From: the human T2T-CHM13v2.0 reference genome, Homo sapiens
Reading direction: 5' to 3' (one strand)
NCBI RefSeq assembly: GCF_009914755.1
Contig: NC_060941.1
DNA: 64,000 nucleotides
Shown here one piece after another: positions 26,065-39,211 of this stretch. The notes under the pieces are model-generated. The model was not told the origin of the DNA. It did no database searches and worked only from the letters and a program-made list of their open reading frames with translations. A program made the position numbers and the translations under genes. Positions within the stretch are counted from its first letter, which is position 1. The number at the start of each line of letters is the position of its first letter.

Positions 26065-28877
26065 GTAGGACCACTGCATAAATGCAAGGCCTTTTGATGT
26101 ATCCTGCAGTAATGTGTGTATACATTGCTGAGAACTGATGTGTGATAGTGAAGCTCATCTCAGAAATACGCTCAGTGTTAAAATAGAGAACTAGCTTATA
26201 CTCTACGCCAAAGAGCTATGATAACTCCACTGTACTTCTCTCAGTGTGAGTGGCATTCCCAGTCTTTTTGTTGACTCTTTCTCTCCTATTCCTTCCCCCA
26301 ATGTCAGGTTACCATTTTTTTCTCCACCTGGAATGCTGCGAGAATCTTAGGAATCTTAGAACTGTTTTCCCAAATACCCCACCTCCTAAAACCATGGTCT
26401 ACTCTGCAATCATAATGACAAATTTTTAAAAATTTGGATCTGATCATGTTACTCCTTTGCTTATAACTCAGCTACTACTTCTTATTGCTGTAAGGTTAGA
26501 GATCTGAATCCTCTAGCTTTATCCTGCATCGTTTTTACTCTTCTCTTTCTCTGTGTCCCACTCTGTGTCTTATATGTTTGTTCCAGCACTGATAGCTTCA
26601 GTGAGGTATAACTGATATATGATAGACTGCACGTATATAAAATATACAATCGTGTGCACATTTGAAACCACCATAATCAGGAGAGTTAACATGTTCATCA
26701 TCCATAAAAGTCTCTTCTTGTCCCTTTGTCTTTCTTTATTAAGAAACTGCTAAATTGTTTTCCAAAGTATTTGTATTGATTTTGCATTCCAACCAGAGGT
26801 ATACGACATTTCTTGTTGTTCTGTATCATCACAAGCTCTTATTATTGCTGTTTTTAAATTTTGAAATTTTAGCCATTCTGATGGGTGTGTATTATGCATA
26901 TCATTATGGTTTTAATGTGCATTACCCTAAGGACTAATAATGTTGAGCATCTTGTATATGCTTATTTGCCACCTGTGAACTGTCTTTTCCAATCTGGGTA
27001 GCTTATGAACATTTAAAATTGAGATTCGATTCAATCAGCTTTTTTACATACACCAAAGATAGTCAAACCTTTTCATTTTCAAACTGTTATCTTACTAAAC
27101 ATAGTAAATATTTTAAACTTGTGATGAAATGGTCTCTGTCACAGCCAATCAACTCTGCCATTGTAGTATGAGACCAGCCATAGACAATACATATGTTAAA
27201 AAACACAACTGCATTCCATTAAAACTTTATTTGCAAAAATAAGAAGCTGCCCCGCAGGTTGGATTTTACCCATCCCTATTATGTGATCATGATTGTGAAT
27301 ACAGACAGTTTTACTTCTTCTTTTCAACTCAGGTAGCTTTTATTTCCTTTTCTTTCCTAACTGCACTGGCTTCAGTGCAATGCTGACTAGAATAGTGAAA
27401 GGAGACATTCCTGTATTGTTCCCGATCTTACAGGGAAAGCATTCAGTTATTCATCATGACACATGTTAGTTGTAGGTTTATCAGAGATGCTCTTTATCAT
27501 GCTGATGGCGTTCCCTTGTATTCTTTAGTTACTGAGAGGGGTTTTTTTTTTTTAAATCAGGAATGAATGTTGTATTTTATCAAATGCCTCTATCTACTGA
27601 GATGATCATATGGTTCTTCTCTTTTAGTTTTTTAATGTGGTGAATACTTATATTTTAATGTCAAACAAACCGTGTATTTAGGGATACACCCCACTTGTTT
27701 ATGATGTATTATCCTTCTAATGTATCATTGGATTTGATTTGCCAAAGCTTTATTTAGAGCGTTTTAAAAGACTATTTTTTAGAGTAGTTTTAGCTTCACA
27801 GCAAAATTGAAAGTAAGGCACAGAGATTATCCCTGTACTCCCTGCCCCCACACGTGCATAGCCTCCACAATTATCAATATCCTCACCAGAGTGCTACACT
27901 TGATCTCATTGATGTTCCTGAATTGATAATCATAATCACCCAAAGTCCATAGTTTATATTAGGGTTCATTCTCGGTGTCTTATATTCTGTGAATTTGGAC
28001 AAAAGTATAAGGACATGTATTTATCATTGTAGTATTATCCAAAGTAATTTCAGAGCTTTAAAACTCCTTTGTGCTTCATCTGTTCATCTTTTCCCACCTT
28101 CCCTCCCCAACTCTTGGCAACCACTGACTTTTTTTACTGTGTCTGTAGTTTTGCCTTTTCCAAAATGTCATTTAGTTGGTATCAGACAGCGTGTAGCCTT
28201 TAGACTGGCATCTTTCACTTGGTAATATGCCTTTGTGGTTCCTTCATGTCTTCTCATGGCATGATAGCTCATTATCGCATGGCTGTACCAGAAGTTGTTC
28301 ACTCACCTAAAGGAGGATATCTTGGTTTTTTGAGAAACTGGTTACATTTTTACGTCCATGTTCATGAGGGAGTCAGATTTTGGTTCAGGGTAATGCTAGA
28401 GGGACAGAATGAGTTGTATTTCTCCTCTATTTTTTTTTTGAGGGCAGGGGGAGAGGTCATGTAAAATTGTTATATTGCTTCTTAAATATTTGGTAGAATT
28501 CACCAGCATAGCTATCTGGGCCTGGAGTTTTCTTTCTAGGAAGGCTTTACTTATGCTTTCTTTTATAGATATAGGACAGTTCATGTTATTCCTTCTTAAA
28601 TTGGACCTTGGTAATTTTTGTTTTTCAAGGCAAGTGTCCATTTTATCAAAGTTGTCATGTTTAGTCACATAAAGCTTACCTTATTATATTTGTATTCTTT
28701 TAGTATCTGTAGAATCTATAAAAATGTCATGTTACTATGTTTCTGAAGTTAGTAATTTGCATCTTCTTTTTTATGATCAACCTGGCTAGAGTTTTATCAC
28801 TTTTATTGACCTCCTCAAAGTGTGTGGTTTTATTGATTTTTTTCCTATTGTTTTTCCGTTTTATTGGTTTCATCTTT

Positions 28878-29230
28878 GATGTTTTGGTCTGTTCGGCCTG
28901 CTATAACAAAATACCATAGACTGGGTAGCTTATAAACAACAGAAATAGATTTCTCACAAAAGTCCAAGATCTAGGTGCTGGCAGATTTGGTGTCTGGTGA
29001 GAGACCAATTCCTGGTTCATAGATCTCTTTTTTCCCCCTGTGTCCTCACATGGCAGAACAGGTGAATGAGCCCTCTGGGGTCTATATATATAAGGGCACT
29101 AATCCCACTAATGAGGGCTTGGCTCCCATGAGCTAATTACCTCCACAAAGCCCCACCTTCTGATAACATCACCTCTGTGATTAAGTTTCAGCATATGAGT
29201 TCTGGGAGGATGCAAATGTCAGACAATACC
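28878..29230 (-). mobile_element. MLT1A-type MaLR LTR
   Basis: ctgctataacaaaataccatagactgggtagcttataaacaacagaaat..gtccaagatc..tggtgtctggtgag. Confidence 0.8.
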
Positions 29231-29645
29231 AGATGCTTATTGTATCATTTCCTCTGCTTGCTTTGAGTTTAATTTGTTCTTCTTCTTTTTTAGTTTCTTC
29301 TCTTTTTTTAGTTTCTTAAGATAAAAGTCAAGACCATTGACTTGAGAGTCTTCTAATATAGACATTAAGTGCTAAAAAATTTTAAGTACTGTTGTAGCTG
29401 TGTTCCACAAATCCTGATATGTAGTATTTTCATTTTCATTCAGTTCAAAATACTCTCTAATTTCTCTTTGCATCGTGTCTTTGACCTAGGGTTATTTAGA
29501 TGTGTATTACTTTGTTTTAAAATATTTGAATATTTTGATGAGATATTTTGTTACTAATTTGTGATTTGATTGCCATGTGGTCAGGGAACATACTTTGTAT
29601 GACTTAAATCTTTCTGACTTAATTCTTTCATTAAGATTGATTGCA

Positions 29646-29914
29646 GGCCGGGTGCAGTGGCTCACGCCTGTAATCCCAGCACTTTGGGAGGCTGAGGCGG
29701 ATGGATCACGAGGTCAGGAGATCGAGACCATCCTGACCAATACGGTGAAACTCTGTCTCTACTAAAAATACAAAAAATTAGCCGGGCGTGGTGGCAGGCT
29801 GAGGCAGGAGAATGGCATGAACCCGGGAGGCGGAGCTTGCAGTGAGCCGAGATCCCGCCACTGCACTCCAGCCTAGGCGACAGAGCGAGACTCCGTCTCA
29901 AAAAAAAAAAAAAA
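29646..29914 (+). mobile_element. AluY with internal right-arm deletion
   Basis: TSD aagattgattgca; gtggtggc joined directly to aggctgaggc. Confidence 0.92.
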
Positions 29915-30173
29915 AAGATTGATTGCAGAACCTAGAATGTGGTCTGTTTGGTAAGTGCTCACTGGGTACTTGAGAAGCATGGTGTTGTTCAAGTGTGCTC
30001 CATTCTTGCTGATTTGCAGCTCCCTTGTTTTATCACTTATTGAGTAAGTGATATTCAAATCTCAGATGTACTTGTGAATTTGTCTATTTCGTCTATTGAT
30101 TTTTGCCTCATATATTTTGAAGCTGTTATTAGGTGCACAAACATTTGAGATTACACGTTCTTGATTAACTGAA

Positions 30174-30316
30174 TTTTTTTTTTTTTTTTTGTATTTTTAG
30201 TAGAGACGGGATTTCACCATGTTAGCCAGGATGGTCTCGATTTCCTGACCTCGTGATCCACCTGCCTCGGCCTCCCAAAGTGCTAGGATTACAGGCATGA
30301 GCCACCGCGCCCAGCC
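30174..30316 (-). mobile_element. Left-arm-only Alu with poly(A) and TSD
   Basis: TSD gattaactgaa (30163-30173, 30317-30327). Confidence 0.88.
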
Positions 30317-30877
30317 GATTAACTGAACTTTTAAAAGTCATTAGGAAATGACTGTTTATAGCTGGTAATTTTTTTTTTTTTTTTTGGTGTGAAATCTACT
30401 TTGGTATTAACATAGCCATTTCTTCTCAGGCTTCTTTTGTCAACTCTTAGCCTGATATATCTTTTTCCATTCTTTTGAACAATTTATGTTTTTACATTTA
30501 AAGTGCTTTTTTTAATAGGAAGCATGGAGTAGGTTCTTGCCTTTTTATCCAGTCTGACAATCTGCCTTTTAATTGAGATTTTTAGGCCAGTTCCATTTAT
30601 AATGTGCTTATTGATACAGTGAAATTTGTCTGTCATCAAGCTGTTTGATTTCCATTGGTCCCCCCAGTTCTTTGTTCTCTTCTTTTTCTGCTTTCTTCTC
30701 AATTAGTCCAGTAATTTTTATGATTTATTTTTATCTCCCTTTTATGGCTTATTAGCGATAACTATTTTTTTCTATCTTAGCAGTTGCACTACAATTTATA
30801 GTATATGATTTTAACATCACAGTCCATCTTCAAAAAATATTATGGCATATCATATATGGCATAAGAAAATTATGAAT

Positions 30878-31135
30878 GAAAACCCAAACATTGTATGTTC
30901 TCACTTGTAAGTGGGAGCTATGCTATGAGGATGCAGGGGCATAAAAATGATACAGGTTGGGGACTTGTGGGGAAAGAGTGGGAGGGGGGTGAGGGACAAA
31001 AGACTACGGATTGGATCCAGTGTATGCTGCTTGGGTGATGGGTGCGCCAAAATCTCAGAAACCACCACTAAAGAACTTATTCATGTAACCAAGGACCACC
31101 TGTTACCCCAAAAGCTATTGAAATTTTTTAAAAAA
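30878..31135 (+). mobile_element. L1PB-type 3' end, 5'-truncated
   Basis: gttctcacttgtaagtgggagcta..accaccactaaagaacttattcatgtaacc; degenerate TSD aagaaaatt(at/g)gaat. Confidence 0.8.
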
Positions 31136-32543
31136 GAAAATTGGAATAGTATACTTTCATTTCCTCTCTCCCAGCCAGATACTTCTGGATTTGTAGGATT
31201 ATAGTTTTCTTTACATTTAGAAAGTTTTGGCCATTCTTTTTTTATTTTTCTGTCTCTCTTTTTCCCTCTTTGGGGACTTATTCCTGCTTGAAGTTTTCTC
31301 ATAGTTCACTGATGTCTCAAATTTATGAATCTTCTCTTTGGTGATGTCTAATCTGTGTTCACCTCCATCCATTTTAGCTTTCATTCCTGACATTGTAATT
31401 TGAATCTCTACAAGTGTAGTTTGCTTTAAAGAAAAATCTTCCATGCCTCTGCCTGTCTGCTTGAGCTTAATTTTAATATACAGTTGAGTTCCATATGAAC
31501 AGCTTGATCTTTCTGATCTTGCTTTTATGATTGGTCTAATTTCCTGCTCCTGAGGCAAGATCTTTGTGATGACTCTATTCATTGCCATGCGAAGTCTGAG
31601 TTTTCCCAGCATCACTCATGGGAATGGACACTCTTTTTGGCACATCGTGAACACCAGACATGTTTCTTTCCAGTGTTTTTTAGATGTTTTTTTCCCCTTG
31701 ATCTGGGGCGGTTTTCTGGCACACATGTGCTGTTTGTTACTCTGCTAGATACCCAGGAGGTATTTTTGCAAATCTTCAGTGTTCTTTCCCTGTACTTTGT
31801 CTCCTTTCCGGTGTTCTGTTTTGTGATCTCTGTGTGCCTTGGCTTTACCAGACTCTCAGCTTCATCATCTCATCTCAGGGAATCTGGTGGACTCTATGTC
31901 AGTTTTTTCTCTCTGTGCGGTAGCCTGGAAACTCCGTGAAGGCAGGGAGCTGGAGTGTTGGATGAATTTCCTTTGTTTCCTGTCTTACGGGGATCATTGT
32001 CTTCATTACCTGAAGTCCACTGCCTGGTAAATCATTGTATAATATATTTTGTCTGTTTTCTTTTTGGTTGTTTCAGGCCAGAAGGTAAATCAGTACTTGC
32101 TGTCCATTGTGGCCAGAAGCAGATTCCAGCAGAGCTTCAGCACCTGCTGTCGACTGGCAAGAATGCTTTTCTACCCCTTTGCTTAACTGCTTCCTTCTCA
32201 CCCTTCATTTCTCAGTGTAGCCATCTGTTCCTCAGGGGAATCTTCCCTGGGCCCATTATAGATCAAATTCTTCTGTGTGATCATAGAACTCTGTTTTCTT
32301 ACACCATATATCTGAATTTATAATTGTCATTTTTGTTGTGTTTGTTCCTTACTTCACTTAAGGCTAAATGAGAGTAGAGGTCTTATCTGTTTTATCTGCA
32401 GAGCTTAGTAGAATGTCTCCCACTTTGTAGGCACTCAGTGCATATGTGTTCAATGTATGAAGGAGACAATGTTAAAAATGCACAGTTTTTTAATACCTAA
32501 AAGTACTCATATATTTTATTTCTACCTTTTCTCCCTGACACAG

Positions 32544-32761
32544 ATTCTGCTAGCCTACCAAGAATCCAAGAAAGACACATTTTGTTTGTGTGAACACTTA
32601 CTGAAACTTAAGAATAATCACTGTGACCAACTTACAGTAAAACTTAAACAAATGGAAAATATGGTCAGTGTACTACAAAATGAGCTATCTGAAACAAAAA
32701 AGACAAAATTACAGTTAGAACTTCAAAAAATTGAATGGGAGAAAGAGCTGTACGATTTGAG
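32544..32761 (+). pseudogene. CCDC144CP: CCDC144 exon (218 nt) with 4-bp duplication frameshift and premature TGA at 32591-32593
   Basis: gacacag|AT acceptor, AG|gtatga donor. Entry phase 1 and exit phase 2 need length mod 3 = 1, but 218 mod 3 = 2; AAGA is duplicated at 32568-32575. Confidence 0.88.
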
Positions 32762-33082
32762 GTATGATGTTCTAGTTCTAAAGAAATATTTATACTAAAG
32801 ACAATATATCAGAATTTTTGTAACTGCTGACTTACCTTCTGCAGATTAATGGGGGAGAAACCTTTTTGGTCTTGTGGGATATGAAATTCTTGGAAATAAT
32901 AAAACAAATTATTAACTGTGAACTCTTCTAATAAATAAATGTATATTCTTTGCAATCTAAATGGCCATATAGAAGTCCACCATATAAAATCTTGTTACTC
33001 ATTTAACAAATTGTAATTTGGGTTTTAAAATTATCTTGTATTTATAATTAATGATGTAAGGAACATCTTTTATCGTTACTAT

Positions 33083-33362
33083 TATTTGTAGACACAGGGT
33101 CTCTGTGCCTGGAACTGGAGTTCACTGGTGTGATCATACCTCCCTGCAGCCTTGAACTCCATCCTCCTGCCTCAGCGTCCTAAGTAGTTGGGACTCCAGG
33201 TGCACATTCTCATGCTTGGCTAACTTTTTAAGTGTTTTGTAGAGACGGGGTATCACTATGTTGCTCAGGATGATCTCCAATTCCCAACCTCAAGCATTAC
33301 TTCTGCAAAATTGGCCTCCCAAATCATTAGTATGACAGACATGAGCCATCATGCCCAGCCCA
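33083..33362 (-). mobile_element. Alu (J-type), degraded
   Basis: Reverse dimeric Alu remnants. Confidence 0.8.
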
Positions 33363-33604
33363 GAACATTTTTTATATAAATGTTTTTCTACATTCCTAAA
33401 CTGTTTGCTTTGAATAAATTCTCCAATATAGAATTATTGGTTGAAATATAGGAACTTTTTAAAAAGACCTCTGATCAACATTTCTTAATTTTTCACAAGA
33501 ATGTTTGTGTTAATTTATAGTTCAAGCAACAGAGCATGAACTGGTCACTTTTCTAAACCCAAAGTAATTTTCAAAAAATTTATACAGTTTTATTCTTTTT
33601 GAAA

Positions 33605-34576
33605 ACTTTTTTTTAATTTCATAGCTTTAGGTATACAAGTGGTTTTTGGTTAAATGGATGAATTGTATGGTGGTGAAGTCTGGGATTTTAGTGTGCCTAT
33701 CACCCGAGTAGTACACATTGTACCTCAGTAGGTAGTTTCTCATCCCTCATCCTCCTCCCACACTCTCCCACTTCTGATTCTCCGATGTCCATTATACTAC
33801 TCTGTCTGCATTTGTGCACCCATAGCTTAACTCCCTATTATGAGTGAGAATGTGGTTTTATTTGGCTTTCCATTCCTGAGTTAGTTCACTTAGAATAATG
33901 GCCTCCAGTCCCTTCCAAGTTGCTGCAAAAGACATTATTTCATTCTTCTTATGGCTGAGTAGTACTCCATGACATATATATACCACATATTATTTATTCC
34001 ATTCATTGGTTGATGGACACTTAGGTTGATTCCGTATCTTCGCAGTTGTGAAATGTGCTGCAATAGACATACGTTTGCAGGTGTTTTTTTTTTGATATAA
34101 TGATTTCTTTTCCTTTGGGTAGATACCCAGTAGGGGATTGTTGGATTGAATGGTAGCTCTATTTTAGTTGTTTGAGAAATCTGTCTACTGTTTTTCATAG
34201 AGGTTGTACTAATTTACATTTCCACCAGCAGTGTATAAGCATTTCCTTTTCACCACATCTGCACCAACATCTATTGTTTTTTGACTTTTTAATAATGAGC
34301 ATTCTGGCTGGAGTAAGGTGATATCTCCTTGTTGTTTTAGTTTGTATTTCTGTGAATATTAGTGCTGTTGAGCATTTTTAAATATGTTTTTTGGCCATTT
34401 GTGCATCTTCTTTTGAAAAATGTTCATGTCATTTGTGTACTTTTTGATGGGATTATTTGCATTTTCTTGCTGATTTGTTTGTCCTTTGTCAGATGCATAG
34501 TTTGCAAATATTTTCTCCTATGCTGTAGGTTCTCTTACTCTGATGATTATTTCTTTTGCTGTGCAGAAGCCTTTTC

Positions 34577-34608
<32 letters not shown>

Positions 34609-34897
34609 GAGGCAGAGTTTCACTCTTGTTGCCCAGGCTGGAGTATAATGGCGTGATCTCGGCTCATGGCTACCTCTGCCTCCCGGGTTCAAGCTATTCT
34701 CCTGCCTCAGCCTCCTGAGTAGCTGTGATTAAAGGCATTGCCACCATACCTGGCTAATTTTGTATTTTTAGTAAGACAAGGTTTCTCCCTGTTGGTCAGG
34801 CTGGTCTTGAACTCCTGACCTCAGGTGATTCTCCCACCTTGGCCTCCATGTCACTGCACTCCAGCCTGGGTGACAGAGCAAGACTCTGTCTCAAAAA

Positions 34898-34937
<40 letters not shown>

Positions 34938-36046
34938 TATGTTTTTGGTTAAATGGATGAAGTGTATGGTGGTGAACTCTGGGATTTTAGTGTGCCCATC
35001 ACCTGAGTAGTACACATTGTACCTCAGTAGGTAGTTTCATATATATATACACACACATTTTTTTTTTTTGGTAGACATGAGGTCTCATTATGTTGCCCAG
35101 GCTAGTCTCAAACTTCTGGGCTCAAGTCATTCTCCTGCCTTGGCCTCCCAAAGTACCAGGATTACAGATGTGAGCCACATGTTAGGCCTAATCCATCTTG
35201 AGTTAATTTTTATATATGTTGAGAGATAGGGATCCAGTTTCATTCTTCTACATGTGGCTATTCAATTTTCCCAACACCATTTATTGAATAGGGTGTTCTT
35301 TGCCCAGTTTATGTCTTTGTACGCTTTGTGAAAGGTCAGTTGGTTATACATATTTGGCTTTATTTCTAGGTTCTCTATTCTGTTCCATTGGTCTACGTAT
35401 GTACTTTTTTATACAAGTACCATGCTGTTTTGGTTACTTTAGCCTTGTCATATGGTTTTAGATCTGGTAATGTGATGTCTCTGGCTTCGTTCTTTTTGCT
35501 TGGGATTGCTTTGGCTATTCAGGCTCGTTTTTGATTCCCTGTGAATTTTAGGGGTACTTTCTCTAATTCTGTGAAGAATGACAGTGGTATGTTAATAGGA
35601 ATTGCATGGAATCTGTAGATTGCTTTGGTTAATATGATCATTTTCACTATATTGATTCTTCTAATCTATGAACATAGGGCATATTTCCATTTGTTTGTGT
35701 CATCTATGATTTCCTTCAGCAGTGCTTTCTAATTCTCCTTTTAGAGATCTTTCACCTCCTTGGTTAAGTATATTCCTAGGTTTTTGTTGTTGTTGTTGTT
35801 GTTGCAGCTGTTGTAAAAGGGATTAGGTTCTTGATTAGATTCTCACCTTGGTCGTTCTTGATGTTTACTAGTGCTCCTGATTTGTGTACATTGATTTTGT
35901 AACATGAGACTTTTACTGATTTCATTGATTAAATCTAGGAGTCTTTAGGGTTTTCTAAGCTAAAACAGAGATAGTTTGACTTTGTCTTTTCCAATTTGGA
36001 TGCCCTTTATTTATTTCTCTTACCTGATTGCTCTGGCTAGGACTTC
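33605..36046 (-). mobile_element. L1PB-type fragment interrupted by a complex Alu/duplication block (34575-35188)
   Basis: ORF2 C-terminal-like peptide ([26 protein letters not shown]) and L1 3'UTR. Confidence 0.85.
34575..34847 (-). mobile_element. Alu (Sp/Sq-like), head truncated and fused to an inverted Alu 3' fragment
   Basis: gagtttcactcttgttgcccagg; breaks at ttggcctcc then + strand cactgcactccagcctggg..poly(A). Confidence 0.88.
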
Positions 36047-36848
36047 CCAGTTTTATTCTAAATATGCACGAAATAAGTAAAATGGACAGTAATTGATGAT
36101 TATTTTATTCCATATCTCTCATATGCAGATAAAATTAATTCCAAATTCATTGTTGAAACACATATTATCCTTTACTTTTAAACTAAATATTAGATCCTGT
36201 CTTGTTCCAAAAAGGGATTTTAAAATTGGTGATGAAATACTTAAGAATCAAGAAGATAAGTTGAAAGTGTTACCCAAAAGAGAAACATAAAAAGGATGGG
36301 GTAACAGTTATAGACAGCTTAGGCTAGTCTTGGATTATAGTAATCTGCAGATACATGTTGTGTGAATGACATCTGAAGGTGTTATCTTACACTGTAAATC
36401 ATTTTTATGACTACACATACACTATTCCATGAAGACGAAAATGCATTTCTAGTGAATTTCTAAACTTGTTTGTAAACAGTAACTTCTTTTAAATTAACTC
36501 TAAATGATCTAATTAATTTTCAACTTGCATAACGTGAAAAAGAAGTAATTTTCAACTTGTAACTTTACTGAAAAATTTCAAATATGCTTTTCCATAATAT
36601 TTACCAGGGTTACTAGTAACAGAAACTTACCAGTTAATGGAATATTTCTTTCCTCACTACCTCTCAAATATATATGTCCCTTGGAAGAGATCGAAGTGAG
36701 AAATTAAAAACATGAGAACTAGAAAGGAAACAAGAGCATAGGAGTTTTTATGAGGATAATAAACCCACATGGGAAGAGCCAGATCACAGAATAAACTTTT
36801 TTATTTTTTAACAAAACACATTTTAATGTAATCCATGTTTAACTGCAG

Positions 36849-37032
36849 ACTTGCCTTAAAACAAGAAAATGAGGAGAAAAGAAATGCCGATATGTTGTAT
36901 AATAAAGATAGTGAACAGTTAAGAATAAAAGAAGAGGAGTGTGGGAAAGTGGTTGAAACAAAGCAACAACTTAAATGGAATCTGAGAAGACTTGTTAAGG
37001 AATTGAGGACAGTAAGAAATAACTTGGATCTG
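36849..37032 (+). CDS. CCDC144CP: CCDC144 exon (184 nt, phase 2-0): [14 protein letters not shown]...RNNLDL
   Basis: aactgcag|A acceptor, CTG|gtaaat donor; ORF 36835-37041; downstream of the frameshift. Confidence 0.88.
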
Positions 37033-37586
37033 GTAAATTAATCTTTGGTGTAAACTTCATTTTTCTAACTTTATGTTTCATCGGTATTACTTATAATTTT
37101 TTGCCTTCATGTATATCATTTAGGTTTAAAATAAACCAAAACTGTTATTTCCTCTTAAGAATGAACTATGACATTTATAGATAAAATTATTTACTGTAAA
37201 CCTTGTCATCTAATAGATGCTCAGTCTGTGTTTTTAGAGTGGAGGATAAGTTGAGTTTAATTACTAATATAGCTGTTCATTTACACATTTTTTATGTTAA
37301 AATACAGGCTAAATAGCTTTGAAACTATAAGGACACTAGTTAAATGTTTTGAAAGAAATTTTATTTCACAATGCTGTATCTTCTCGTAGTTAAGAACTGT
37401 TTTTCCTCTTTGACAGATTTAGCTGTCATGTATGCAATTAAGATTTGAGTGATTCTTGAGGGATAAAAGTTCTTGTGTTTTAACAGGCTACTTCTTTTTA
37501 ACCGTTTTATAAGAGAGGCTCTGCTCTTAACCTTTTAGATTTTCTTTTTCAGTGCTATTAGACCAAAACCTCCATGTCATCTCTAG

Positions 37587-37715
37587 GTTGTGCAGGAGAG
37601 AAACGATGCCCAGAAGCAACTTTCTGAAGAACAGGATGCCAGAATATTACAAGATCAGATTCTGACGAGTAAACAAAAGGAACTAGAAATGGCTCAGAAG
37701 AAAAGGAATCCTGAG
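37587..37715 (+). CDS. CCDC144CP: CCDC144 exon (129 nt, phase 0-0): [13 protein letters not shown]...KRNPE
   Basis: ctctag|GTT acceptor, GAG|gtattt donor; ORF 37590-37895. Confidence 0.88.
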
Positions 37716-37811
37716 GTATTTTCTTTAGTCATTTTCAAATATATTTTTGTATGTGAATATATTTTTAAAAAACAACTCTGTGCAACTTGGAAAGTACAAT
37801 GGATTTTTGAA

Positions 37812-37813
<2 letters not shown>

Positions 37814-37852
<39 letters not shown>
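37814..37852. repeat. (AC)n microsatellite, ~19 units
   Basis: Perfect run ~100 nt downstream of exon donor 37715. Confidence 0.97.
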
Positions 37853-37853
<1 letters not shown>

Positions 37854-38314
37854 TTGGGGGTGGTGATGGTGGTTCTGGCATTTTTGGCTCATTGAATAAA
37901 GTCATGTTCTTAATTCAACTCCATTTGTTTGCAAGAGTCAAGTAGTGACATTCACAGTGGCCTTATCCAAAGGAGAAACATTTGTTATTTTTCATAGAAT
38001 TAATGATCTTTCCACAATCTCAAAATCCTTGCTACTAACAACAGACGTTCTAGTTTTCAGACATTATTTCATCTTCCTAATATATTAATGGAGAGGTTAG
38101 ATTATTATTTCCACTTGCAGTAAGGATGAAATGTATAGCCAGTTCAGAGGCCGTACTTCAGAAGCCGTTTCCCTTACTTTTGAGGAGAGTAACAGTTTGC
38201 TCCAAGTAGTGTCTCATTTCAGTGCAAAGAGCTTTGAAAACAATGATATGCCATAATATAAACTTGGTGATAATTTATTGGTAAGTGTTTTTTCTTAGAA
38301 AAATAGTTCAGTGT

Positions 38315-38579
38315 GTGGGAGACTGAGGCGGGTGGATCACGAGGTCAGGAGATCAAGACCATCCTGGCTAACGCGGTGAAACCCCATCTCTACTAAAAAT
38401 ACAAAAAAAATTAGCCAGGCGTGGTGGCGGGAACCTGTAGTCCCAGCTACTCGGGAGGCTGAGGCAGGAGAATGGCATGAACCCTAGGTGGCGGAGCTTG
38501 CAGTCAGCCGAAATTGGGCCACTGCCCTCCAGCCTGGGTGACAGTGCGAGACTCCGTCTCAAAAAAAAAAAAAGAGAAA
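38315..38579 (+). mobile_element. AluY, 5'-truncated
   Basis: 18-bp TSD agaaaaatagttcagtgt (38297-38314, 38580-38597). Confidence 0.93.
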
Positions 38580-38884
38580 AGAAAAATAGTTCAGTGTATT
38601 TCACCTTGTTTCATGCTTATTTCTGTTTCAGACATTATAAAGAGGAAACGTAAGTTATTGTAATAACAGATAATCTCATGATTTTCTAAGAAAAGCTCTG
38701 TAACTTCTTTTTTTACCACTGGTGTTTTGAAATAAGCGTCTTTTATATTTATATATTTACAACACAGAAGTAATTGTGGTTTGGTGGAAGAGCACTAGAA
38801 GTAAAGTAAGGGAACCTAGGGAAAATCCTGCAACTTGCATATTTTTTGACCTCTCCTTTCAGAATTGTGATATAAATGAGTTCA

Positions 38885-39211
<327 letters not shown>

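Larger units (their letters stand above)
26600..31520 (-). mobile_element. Old L1M-type fragments with nested MER58A (~27100-27275), L1MC 3' end (~27770-28330), MLT1, Alus and L1PB
   Basis: Antisense L1 ORF2-like peptides (28396-28668 ..DTCLEKQKLP..NCPISIKE) and T-rich L1 motifs; approximate bounds. Confidence 0.65.
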
